From positions 110,298,001 to 110,362,000 of the forward strand of contig NC_043000.1 of assembly GCF_006345805.1 (NCBI RefSeq): a DNA stretch of 64,000 nucleotides, in the 5' to 3' direction. How positions within the stretch are numbered: the stretch's first letter is position 1; each line of letters opens with the position of its first letter. Shown here one piece after another: positions 24,052-34,750 of this stretch. Both the position numbers and the translations under genes were made by a program. This DNA comes from Octopus sinensis. Taxonomy: Eukaryota. The notes beneath the pieces were generated by a model. It searched no databases. It saw only the letters and a list, made by a program, of their open reading frames with translations, and was not told the origin of the DNA.

Positions 24052-24462
24052 TCAGTTCTATATTTAAGAGATGAGGAATTATTTACATTTGACGGATATT
24101 TGTCCTCATCTTGTTTGTTGTTAACACAACGTTTTGGCTGATATAATCTCCAGCCTTCATCAGGTGTCTTGGGGAAATTTCGAACCTGGGTTCTCATTCC
24201 TAAGGTATTTTTCGATGTTGTTGTTGTTATTATTATTATTATTATTCAGGTCACTGCATGGAATCGAACTCGGAATCTCAGTAGCCCGCGCTCTTAACCA
24301 CTACGCCACGGGCATATGGCGTAGTGGTTAAGAGCGCGGGCTACTAACCCCAAGATTCCGAGTTTGATTCTAGGTAGTGACCTGAATAATAATAATAATA
24401 TCAGCCGAAACGTTAACAACAAACAAGATGAGGACAAATATCCGTCAAATGTAAATAATGTA
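24052..24462. mobile_element. Fold-back (palindromic) copy of a tRNA-head + hammerhead element related to the Penelope relic at 2860
   Basis: Arms mirror around about 24312; A-box TGGCGTAGTGG and B-box GTTCGATTCC; shares about 150 nt with 2860-3000. Confidence 0.75.
24123..24168 (-). ncRNA. Minimal hammerhead ribozyme motif (same family), GAAA mutated to AAAA
   Basis: Minus strand GACAC-CTGATGA-A-GGCTG-gagattatat-CAGCC-aAAA-CGTT-GTGTT; stem II is perfect and stem I pairs fully (one terminal G-U). Confidence 0.7.
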
Positions 24463-25059
24463 TCTCAGTCATCTCCGTGAAGCTTAACATGACGGGCTTC
24501 CATAGTTTCTGTCTCTAAAACTCACAAAGCAGGGGTCAGTATGGAGCAATAGTAAAAGATACTTGCCGCCAGCGCGACTGAACCCGACACCACGTGATTG
24601 TAAAGTTTCTGACCTCGATAGCCATGTCTGCACCTATTGACTATGATTATGGCCAGGTTGGATGTTCACAAGGTGTGACCACCTCAAAACATAAAAAGTA
24701 GTCGTTAATAAAGAGGCAAGAAAAGTGAAGACGACGAAGAAATGGGTTGTTTACGTAACTTTCATCGGCTTTTAACGGGTTGGTAGAGAGAGAGAGAGAG
24801 AGAGAGAGGGGGGATTGCCCTTTTATAGTGAGAAGTAAACCCATCGGTTGTTGTTGCTTTTGTTTATCCCGTATCAGATTTTTTTTACATGAAAGACGTT
24901 CCAACCATATCTAGTCTTCAATATTGCTTTTCATTTTTTAAAAATCATTAAAAATGTGATTTGAGGGAGATTTGGTAGCTATTTCTAGCAAGCTTTCTTG
25001 TTAATAACAGTGATTACTAACTCTTTTAACTTCCTCCGTCAGGACTGCTCGATATTCAC

Positions 25060-25291
25060 TAGCGCGGTACTATTTGAGAACAGTGGTCCCGGTGCGCGCA
25101 CTCGCGCTAGCTAGTCTTGACTAGTCGATCCTTTGTGTTTTTGTTTTATTTACTTTGTTTAACAAAAATGATTTATTTTGTGTTTTATTTACTTTGCTAG
25201 GTAGTCGTTGTAGGATCGACTAGTCACGACTAGCTAGTGCGGATGCGCGACTACGCGCATCCGGACCACTGTTCAAAAGTAGTACCCACTA
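25060..25291. mobile_element. CpG-rich MITE-like inverted repeat
   Basis: GGTACTA...GAACAGTGGTCC...CTAGTCGATCCT mirrored by AGGATCGACTAG...GGACCACTGTTC...TAGTACC; TA at both flanks. Confidence 0.65.
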
Positions 25292-25826
25292 CAGCCAGCC
25301 ACTAACCCCAGCACTAATTAGGCCATCTAGTTAAAAGAGATTCTATATATTACAATTAGCGAGTTGTCTGATAACACGGCGAGGAGGTTCCCTGCTCATA
25401 TTTTTCCATTACAGCCATATTTGACAGATAAAAAGAAGTCAGTAAAATCACTCGACCTGGAATCGAAACCGCTCGCCTTTCATCACTGTACGCAGCCCAC
25501 ACGCTCCATCCCGCAAGATCTCACAAACACTTTTCATTTTCTGGTTGAATCATCTATTTTATTTTAATTATATAACCCGTGAAAAGCATGAACTTCACGC
25601 CATCTCATTCGCTTTTTGCGTCCCGACACAATTAACAGTTTCATAATTTAAAGCAATTCTCGCTGTTAATTACATAATATATAAAAGAAAAAAACGAAGT
25701 GTCAGGCGTAAAAATAAAGGAATGTGAACGAGAGGAGGGTATTTATCAGAAGTATCATTAGAGATGTAGAATGTTTGGGTAAATAGACTCAAAATAAGCG
25801 AGAAATGTGGGAGAAATTGAACTTAC

Positions 25827-26103
25827 CCCAAGATTTCAATCTGGATTCATGAAAGATGGGGTTGAACTAAAAACTTATATTGGAATTACGAAACGAAATG
25901 TGGATAGATGAATTTTTAACAATTATAACAATATAACAGATTGGTTCACAATAAATAAGTTTTATATTGTGATCATTATGTTTTACGAGATATCATAGCA
26001 TTAGTTTAATTCAGTTTGGTTTTAATTATATGCATAGATTAAGTTTCAGGCAGGAGATTATAAAATGAATTTCGGTTCGCCTGGTAATTTACACTTTGAC
26101 AAA
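25827..26103. promoter_or_regulatory. Probable bidirectional promoter / 5'UTR region between TIPRL and TAF13
   Basis: TAF13 ATG at 26104 (+). A minus-strand GTAAGT donor at 25821-25826 is a candidate end of the TIPRL non-coding first exon. Inference only. Confidence 0.45.
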
Positions 26104-26127
26104 ATGGCCGAGTCGGACAAAGATCAG
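26104..26127 (+). CDS. TAF13: TAF13 exon 1 (MAESDKDQ)
   Basis: AAAATGG start context, CAG|GTGCGT donor, phase 0 fits exon 2; short, so less certain. Confidence 0.8.
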
Positions 26128-29100
26128 GTGCGTATTTATGTGTTGATTGTGGATACACATATATATATAATATGTTTACATATTGTGTAATCGTTGTACA
26201 ACAGTGTGGCTGTATGTATATACATACGTGTATGTAAATATTGCTACGCAACTGATATATATATTGTATATTAGATCTACCTATTTCTATCTGTCTTTCT
26301 TTAATCTTGACTTCGTGTCTCACTGAAGAACAACCAAACATTTACCGACTTACTACGTATGAGAAGTTTAAAAACAAACTGTTTAAAGTTGACTGTTTTG
26401 GAAAATGATTGCTTACATTGTTTTAATAATCAAAGTGCTCAAATATTCGCATGGACTTTCTGAAGTCTGATGATATATAAAAATATTTTTAAAATCCAAG
26501 CCACACTTAGATCCCCCAGGAGGTACACCGTGTGACCAGGCTGTGATTTGAGGGATATTTGGCTACTAATTCTAGCAGATCAAGAAACCTTGTATAGGTT
26601 TATTGTTTGGATGGGGGTGGTTGTGTGGTAAGAAGTTTGCTTCCCAACTACATCCCTCTGGGTTCAGTCCCACTGCGTGGCACCTTGGGCAAGTGTCTTC
26701 TACTATAGCCTCGGGCCGACCAAAGCCTTGTAAGTGGATTTGGTAGATGGAAACTGAAAGAAGCCCGTATACATGTGTGTGTAAATATATATATATATAT
26801 AAATAAATGAAGATGTTAACAAAATTCCTTTACTCTCGACATATGTTTCGATGGGTAGCAAATTCACGTCAATGGCCAGCATATTAAAAAATACCTTTGA
26901 AGGTTAAATTTATAAACAATTTATAAGTAAGGGGAAAAGAAAGAATTTCTGACGTTATGTCTATTTTCGGCATATTTTGGCATTAGAAATTTTTTCTTTT
27001 GCCCTTACTTATAAATTGTATATATATATAGACATGTACATATACGACGGGCTTCTTTCAGTTTCCGTCTACCAAATCTACCCAAGGCTTTGGTCGGCCT
27101 GAGGCTATAGTAGAGGGTACTTACTCAAGGTGCCATGCAGTGGGACTGAACCTGGAACCATGTGGTTGAGAAGCAAGCTACTTACCACACAGCCACTATA
27201 TATATATGCGTGTGTGGATAAAGATAGATATGGCGAGGCTAATGGGTTTAGGGTCTGATGTAAAGCTAAGTGGTTTATGGACGTGAAGCCTAGGGTAATC
27301 CCATAAACCGGCCGTATCTATTCTTTATATATTCTACTGCTCTATAACTTAGAGTATTATAGATTTTTTTTTGGTGGGGGGGATTTATGATTTACTGTCA
27401 ATATACATATATAATGCAATTGCTACTTGTTTCTCTGGGATGGCTGCTCTTCAGGTTTTCAGTCTACAGAGGGATACTTAAAATTGATGTGTTTGTATGT
27501 CTTCTGTGTAGGTCTACACACATACACACACACACACAGAGGTCAGTTTCCACCTAGCAAATCCACTCATAGAAGACACTTACCCAAAGTGCTGTGTCCT
27601 AGGTTTGAACATGAACCCCATGGGTCAGAAGCAAACTTCTTAACCACTTAGCCATGCCTGTACCTTCTTTACTCATGGATGTTATCATCATTGTTTAATG
27701 TCTATAGCATTGCCTTACTGGCACCTGTGCCGGCGGCATGAGTAAAAGATTCGAGCGAGGTTGTTGCCAGTACCACCTGACTGGCCTTTGTGCCAGTGGC
27801 AATGTAAAAGCACCCACTACACCCTCGGAGTGGTTGGCATTAGGAAGGGCATCCAGCTGTAGAAACACTGCCAGATCAAGATTGAAGCCTGGTGCAGCCA
27901 TCTGGCTCGCCAGTCCTCAGTCAAACCATCTAACCCATGCTAGCATGGAAAGCAGACATTAAATGATGATGATGTTTCCAATGTTGCATGGGTCTAATGG
28001 AATTTTGCTGAAGCAGATTTTCTGTGACCAAGCATCCTTCTTGGCAATATTTTCCCATACCTGCTCGAGTTTTCCACAGAAGGTTGGAAATAAAACAATG
28101 TCACTTATTGAAGATGATGTTCATTTGCAAGCATCATGTGATGTCTAGATAAGGGTACACACACACACAAACACACACATGTATATGACAGACTTCTTTC
28201 AGTTTCTGTCTACTAAATCCATTCACAAGGCTTTGGTCAGCCTGGGGCTATAGTAGAAGGTACTTGCCCAAAGTGCTATGCAGTGGGACCGAACCTGAGA
28301 TCATGTGGTTGGGTAGCAAGCTTCTTACCACACAGCCATATCTGTGCTTAGCCTTGATATGTATGCTCTTCTCTTTTTTTATTGGCAGTTTGACGATGAA
28401 GATATTGAAGACGATTCACCACTGGAAAAGAGGAAAAAGATCTTTTCAAAAGAATGTAAGACTGTCATTTCTGGTGTTTTTCCCTTTTGTTTGTGTTGGA
28501 TTAGTCTAACTTTTATTTATAAGATAATTGTTCGGGAAAGTAATTGGAGGATTGTAAAGAGATCAATAATTTTGTTATCATTACTTGTTCTGTATTCAAT
28601 GATTGATGATAAAACAATATTTTATCATATGAGGGTTTGCAGGTTAGCCCTTGTACAGATCTTACAGCAGGCTCTACATTACAGTAAGCCTAGTACTTAT
28701 TCTATCTCGTCTCTTTTGCCAAACTGCTAAGTTACAGGGATGCAAACACACCAGCATCAGTTGTCAAGTGATGTTGGTGGGGTGGGGGCAAACACAGACA
28801 CAAACATATACACAGTCATATACACACACATACATATATATATATACATATATACGACAGGCTTCTTTCAGTTTCCATCTCCCAAATCCACTCACAAGGC
28901 TTTGGTCAGTCTGAGGCTATAATAGAAGACACTTGCCCAAGGTGCCACACAGTGGGACTGAACCCAGAACCATGTGGTTGGTAAGCAAGCTACTTACCAC
29001 ACGCCTGTATGTTGAGTGACAACCTGGCCACTGGTGGTGGTGTAACACACCATACTAATCATATCTGTCGGCATGTGGAAGAGAGTGTAATTCGACAGGA

Positions 29101-30853
29101 GGACTTAAACGACATGCAAAGGTACATGAAGCCCAGTTACAACTACAGCCGGCTATTACCAGTAAAGGTTTTAGTTGCCAATTTTGTACAAGACATTGTA
29201 GATCTTTAGCTGTGCTAAAAAGTCACATTCGATCACAGCACCAGTAACAGTTAAGCTTCGTGCAATGGCCATACTCGATAACGAGGGGGCAGCCATAATA
29301 ATATATATATATATTCTCACCAGCTGTATAAACCCACAACTCTTCGACCTGTAACTAGTATGATAAGTACCAATGCATGAAACTTTCGGACCTCAAGTCA
29401 CTCTGCTGCTTCTGTTAAATATTAATAAAAATATACACATATATGTCACCAGCTGTATAAACCCACAACTCTTCGACCTGTAACTAGTATGATAAGTACC
29501 AATGCATGAAACTTTCGGACCTCAAGTCACTCTGTTGCTTCTGTTAAATATTAATAAAAATATACACATATATGTATATATACAATGGGCATAGTTCCCA
29601 TCTACCAAATTTATTCATGAGGCTTTGGTTGGCCCAAGGCTATAGTAGAAAACACTTGCCCTAACTGCTGTGCAGTGGGACTGAACCTGAAACCATGTGG
29701 TTTCAAAGTGTCAGATTTTTCTTAATTAATCCTGTGCACGAACAGCCATTTAGTTCACATAGTTCTTTTTTGTAGCAGTACGTTGTATGATGTATGGATT
29801 TGGCGATGATCAAAACCCTTACACGGAATCGGTTGATCTTCTGGAAGACCTTGTGGTTGAATACATAACAGAAATGGTAAGATTCTTTTTTTTTTTCTTT
29901 TTACTTCATTTAAAATGCATCAAACAAATCATCATTGTCATCATTTTATGTCCACTACTTATGTTTGCATGGGTCAGACAGAATTTATTTCAATCATTTT
30001 TGAAAACGAGGTAAAATTTAGCGAAATGATGTCATTATTAATTTGGTGTTTGGAACAAAAATTTGTGTTCAGATTTTAATTAAGATCATCTTAAAACAGT
30101 AAATTTCTATCATCTCTTATATAAAATCCGTTCTGTCTGTCTGTGTGTGTGTCTTCTAGGATCTCGGGCATCCTCCATCGAATTGCGCTCAAATTTGATA
30201 TATAGATAGCGACGGTATCAGGGCATATATAAGTCTTGAAAATATTACAAAAATCGATTCCAGGTGACAATGCGATTGATAAAGCCATGGGAACGTGCAT
30301 TTGTAAAATCGTTTTTCTTGGAATAGAAAAAAAGTCTATCTTTATTTCTTCTTTTGCTGGTGTCTCAAATTTAGGTTAAATCAGTGTTTCTCAAAGGGGA
30401 GGCCTATGGGATGGTCGGACAAGTTGTTTTGAGAAAATTTGGTTTAAATGTTTGACAACTCAGCATAGAAATATAAAAATATAATTTAAAAATAAAATAT
30501 ACACTTTATATTTGTAATTAAATTTTCATAATCAATATAATTATATTTTTTCTACATATTTGATAACAATTTTTAGAATGTAACTCTATTAAATGATTTT
30601 GAGCTTAAATCTAATTTGGCTTTCATAGTTTAGAATATTACTTCACGTTTTGATTTGATTTTTCTCCATCTTGCAGACTAAAAAAGCTATGGAAGTCGGA
30701 CGTCCTGGTCGAATTCAGGTAGAAGATATTATCTTTTTGATTCGGAAAGATGCCAAAAAATATTCCCGTGTCAAAGAACTGCTAACAATGAATGAAGAAT
30801 TAAGAAAAGCCAGGAAGGCTTTTGATGAAATTAAATATGCGACGACTAAATAA
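26104..30853 (+). CDS. TAF13: TFIID subunit 13 (histone-fold TAF), 4 exons, 121 aa
   Basis: Exons 26104-26127, 28389-28455, 29779-29876, 30677-30853 join in frame (366 nt): MAESDKDQ|FDDEDIEDDSPLEKRKKIFSKEL|RCMMYGFGDDQNPYTESVDLLEDLVVEYITEM|TKKAMEVGRPGRIQVEDIIFLIRKDAKKYSRVKELLTMNEELRKARKAFDEIKYATTK. Confidence 0.97.
26612..27196. mobile_element. Inverted pair of tRNA-derived SINE family B (CORE-like CACCTTGGGCAAGTG) in TAF13 intron 1
   Basis: Plus copy 26612-26770, minus copy 27043-27196; other copies at about 1850, 12700, 19900, 28190, 28670, 45640, 60950, 63100. Confidence 0.75.
28389..28455 (+). CDS. TAF13: TAF13 exon 2
   Basis: Pyrimidine tract + CAG acceptor, GTAAG donor; KRKKIFSKE motif. 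Confidence 0.93.
29010..29305 (+). mobile_element. 3' end of a LINE with C-terminal C2H2 fingers
   Basis: ACGRECNSTGGLKRHAKVH and FSCQFCTRHCRSLAVLKSHIRSQH* (TAA 29245-29247), then a short 3'UTR and (ATA)n tail. Confidence 0.65.
29317..29574 (+). repeat. Tandem duplication, 2 x 129 bp
   Basis: Two copies differing by one visible substitution. Confidence 0.92.
29779..29876 (+). CDS. TAF13: TAF13 exon 3
   Basis: TAGCAG acceptor, GTAAG donor; RCMMYGFGDDQNPYTESV. Confidence 0.96.
30113..30330 (+). mobile_element. Helitron-like 5' end
   Basis: A-TCTCTTATATAAAA...CTGTCTGTCTGTGTGTGT start resembles non-autonomous Helitrons. Confidence 0.45.
30677..30853 (+). CDS. TAF13: TAF13 exon 4
   Basis: TTGCAG acceptor; VEDIIFLIRKD..RVKELLTMNEELRKARKAFDE; TAA stop. 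Confidence 0.96.
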   Translation, partial: TKKAMEVGRPGRIQVEDIIFLIRKDAKKYSRVKELLTMNEELRKARKAFDEIKYATTK

Positions 30854-31154
30854 CCTCAAATTCCAACTGCTTTCGCTCGCATCTCATTCTTTGTATTTGT
30901 CTTTTATGTAAATATATTTTTCTTTCCTATTTCTGTCTTCAGTGTCATTCCTTTAACTTTGAGTTGGATTTTCATTTATATTTGGTGTAAGCATGGCTCC
31001 TTCATGTTTCCTCCCCAGTCACATTGTTTCAAGCCCAGTCTCACTGTGGGGAATCTTTGACAAGTGTCTTCTACTATAAGCCTCAGGCCAACCAAAACCT
31101 TGTGAGTGGATTTGCTGGATGGAAGCTGCAACAAGTTAATTGTGTGTATATATA

Positions 31155-31641
31155 TCATCATCATCATCGTTTAGCGTCCGCTTTCCATGCTATCATGGGT
31201 TGGACGGTTCAACTGGGGTCTGGGAAGCCAGAAGGCTGCACCAGGCCCAGTCTGATCTGACAATGTTTCTACGGCTGGATGCTCTTCCTAACGCCAACCA
31301 CTCCGTGAGTGTAGTGGGTGCTTTTTACGTGCCACCGGCACAGCTGCCAGGCAAGGCTGGCAGCAGCCATGATCGGTTGGTGCTTTTTACGTGCCACCAG
31401 CACGAGGCCAGTCGGGGCGCCACTGGCAATGGCCACGTTTGGATGGTTCTCTTACGTGCCACCGGCACTGGTATCACAGCTGCAATTTCCATTGATGTTG
31501 ATCGATTTCGATTCTCACTTGCCTCAACAGGTCTTCATAAGTAGAGTATTGTGTCCCAAGAAGGAAAGGTATACATAAGTGGACTGGCTACATCCAATGT
31601 AGAGGCCACGGGTTATGGTCTCACTTGTCCTGCCGGGTCTT
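31155..31641 (-). mobile_element. RTE-LINE 3' fragment including ORF end (KTRQDK*)
   Basis: Terminus + units + 3'UTR resembling that of the 9.6 kb copy. Confidence 0.85.
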
Positions 31642-32005
31642 ATATGTATTTAGTGGGAGAATTGGCAGTATAGTCGGATTGATAAGGTATTGAATTTCAA
31701 GACCTATTTCAGCAATACCGATAGATATTGTCATGAAATGTGCGTAGTCTATATAATTTAATATAGGATTCAGAATAAGAATTGTAGATATTAATTTTGA
31801 TAAAATTTAATCTTATATATCTCTATCATGGATAATGTCGTTCAATGTTGTTTAAATTGCTTGAAGGTGGTTCTGTCTCTTAAACCTATCTATCTGTCTG
31901 TTGATATATATATATATTGGGAGAAAATTCAAAAAACAAAATACGAAGACAGGTGGTATAGACAACAAACAGATGTATTAGTATAACGCTCAGGAATTGA
32001 AAAAG

Positions 32006-32043
32006 TCTTTAACGTTTTGAGCCTACGCTCTTCCTCAGAAAGA
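32006..32043 (-). ncRNA. Minimal hammerhead ribozyme motif, second family
   Basis: Minus strand TCTTT-CTGAGGA-A-GAGC-gtag-GCTC-aAAA-CGTT-AAAGA; perfect stems I and II, one core substitution. Confidence 0.7.
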
Positions 32044-32057
32044 AACTAAAGAATATA

Positions 32058-32538
32058 TCATCATCATTGTTTAACGTCCGTTTTCCATGCTAGCACGGGT
32101 TGGACGGTTCGACCGGGGTCTGGGAAGCCAGGTGGCTGCACCAGGCTCCAGTCTGATCTGGATGCCCTTCCTAATGCCAACCACTCCGTGGGTGCTTTTT
32201 ACGTGCCAGGGGAGGCTGGCAGCGGCCACGATCGGTTGGTGCTTTTTACGTGCCACTGGCACAGGTATCGCAACTACAATTTCCATTTGATTTTTTGATG
32301 TTGATGTACTTGACTCAATAGGTCTCCTCAAGCACAGCTGGTCACCCTACGAACCAAGGTAAGCACAGTAGGTCGTTCTGCAATCCAAGGTACTTTGGAT
32401 GGGCTGGGGCTATGTGAAACTGATGCAGGAAGCAGCCATGAACTCACATTATTTGTCAGGTCTTTGCAGTCACAGCATATCTCCAGAGATCTCGGTCTTT
32501 CATCATTGTCTCTGTGAGGCCCAACATTCGAAGGTCAT
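32058..32538 (-). mobile_element. RTE-LINE 3' fragment of another subfamily (HDLRMLGLTETMMKDRDLWRYAV)
   Basis: Same terminus, different proximal 3'UTR. Confidence 0.8.
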
Positions 32539-32599
32539 GTGTGTATATATATATATATATTATATATATATATATATAAATATATAAGGAATATATATA

Positions 32600-33072
32600 T
32601 CATCATCATCATCATCATCATCATTGTCGTTTAACGTCCGCTTTCCATGCTAGCATGGGTTGGACGGTTCAACTGGGGTCTGGCGAGCCCGAAGACTGCA
32701 CCAGGCCAGTCAGATCTGGCAGTGTTTCTACAGCTGGATGCCCTTCCTAACGCCAACCACTCCGAGAGTGTAGTGGGTGATTTTATGTGCCACCGACACA
32801 GGTGGCAGACGGCCACGCTCGGATGGTGTTTTTTATGTGCCACCAACACAGGTGCCAGACGAGGCTGGCGAACGGCCACGCTCGGATGGTGTTTGTTATG
32901 TGCCCACAGCACGGAGGCCAGTCGATGCGGTACTGGCTACGGCCACGTTCGGAAGGTTTTCTTATGTGCCACCGGCACTGGTACCACAAGGATACAAATT
33001 CCATTGATGTTCATCTATTTTGATTTGGTTTGATTTGATTTGATTTTCACTTGCCTCAACAGGTCTTCACAA

Positions 33073-33076
<4 letters not shown>
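32600..33076 (-). mobile_element. RTE-LINE 3'UTR fragment, close relative of the 9.6 kb copy
   Basis: Near-identical to 10445-11013 with fewer units; flanked by (TA)n. Confidence 0.88.
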
Positions 33077-33113
<37 letters not shown>

Positions 33114-33584
33114 AAGTTAGAGGTATTTAGCCCTCTAAGGGATAGAAGTAACCAGAGGCACTCCTGGTAATTACCTCCGTAAGTATGGCCCTTGGTATAA
33201 GGATTACAGCTGCAGGTAATTTAAAAGGTAAACCATAGTTTAATGTGTATACTGAAAATCCTCGAGTATAGTCCGCCCTTGAGTATAATATGCAGGGATT
33301 TTTAGGGGGCTGTACCTCTGAAAAACCTAAACCTTGTGTATAATACGCACCCCTTCTCTAACTTGAGTCAAGGAGGTCTATATAATGTCCTTGGTTTGTA
33401 AAAATGTATACGGTAACGTCCCTTATTATTATTGTATATATAACATAATGCAAATGTGTAGCATTTTTGTGCATTTTGTTTGCAGAAAATATAGAAATAA
33501 CAGTAAAAACATTTAATGTTGCTTATTGCAAGTTATGGATGATTCTTTTATTCTTATATATATGTTTCTTATCCGTTTTCTTAT

Positions 33585-33726
33585 TTATATATATATGTGT
33601 GTGTATACATACACATGTATATATATATATATATACATACATACACATGTGTATGTATATATGCATATATATACGTATATAAATATACATGTGTATGTAT
33701 ATATACACATTTATACATATATATAC

Positions 33727-33800
<74 letters not shown>
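33585..33800. repeat. (TA)n microsatellite
   Basis: Direct inspection. Confidence 0.95.
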
Positions 33801-33802
<2 letters not shown>

Positions 33803-34750
33803 TGGGACAGTGCCTAAGATGGGAGGAATATGATGGTCAGTTTCAGGATCTCATGGAAGGCACTTTGGACCTGGGAACAAGCAAGAACAACCTTCCTGGT
33901 CAAGTCTACCTTCGCTGTTTTCCCTTCACTGGGGAATTTAGTCCGGTGGAACATACAAACGACTGCTGAATGTAGATGCGAAGAGAAAACGTCAGTGAGA
34001 CATGTTCTGTCAAACTGAATTTCTGTGATGATGCTGTTCCGTCAATTGCCTTTAGTCCATGTTCCACTAAATCGTGTGTTTCTTTGCTTTCCTTCTTATT
34101 TAATAAATCTCTTTACCATCTGCCGAGAATCTTTACTGGTTGTTCTTTCACCGTTGGTACATCTTCACCTCCTATCCTGCATTTCACTTCTTTTTGCCTT
34201 CCTTTCACAAAAGCCACGCTTCGAGATTCTTTGGCTTTGAATTTCATTCTCACCCATCCTGTTCGTTCGTCCAACTGCTGCTTCTTTACTTTCTGAAAAT
34301 ACCGTTATGTCATCCATAAAAGCCCTTAATGGTGTCCTTGTAACAGATTTCCCACAGTTTGTAGATCTTAGTAACATCTCCATGACCAGCACAAATGACT
34401 GATATCGTGCATCCAGCTGCACTTCCTACTTCTAGCCGTCGCCACTCCGTTGTGAACTTTCCTGCTGTAAATCTCATCTTCAAGTTGTCGTAGTAACACA
34501 TCAGCATTCGTTGAACATCTGGAATCCAAAAGAAGTCCATAACTGCTCGAATTGGCAAGATCTAGCCGTACAATGTACAGGTTTTTCATCAGTTGTTTTG
34601 CACAGGTGATAACTTCCCTGATGGCAAATGCATGTTCTATGCATCCAGGAATCCTTGCCTTCTGGACTGCTTCATTAACATATCCGTTATACTGTACGAA
34701 TCTTGTGATTCGCCAGGCAATGATTCCAAACATGATCTTCCCATCGCTAT
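33800..34750. mobile_element. Rearranged relic of an R2-group (HERO-like) non-LTR element
   Basis: Minus: VQKARIPGCIEH, LDLAN, LEVG..AGCTISVI, RAFMDDITV. Plus: [36 protein letters not shown]...HVLSN. Confidence 0.7.

Noticed and set aside
24310-24382. Functional tRNA gene
   Set aside because: A/B boxes are present but there is no convincing acceptor stem or cloverleaf; it is an element head within a palindrome.
26833-26856. Hammerhead half-site GAAACATATGTC on minus
   Set aside because: Palindromic stem III is present but no CTGANGA or matching stems are nearby; cannot be supported.
29060-29247. Host C2H2 zinc-finger gene exon
   Set aside because: Frameshifted, lacks TGEKP linkers and splice context, and is followed by a LINE-type short UTR and tail.
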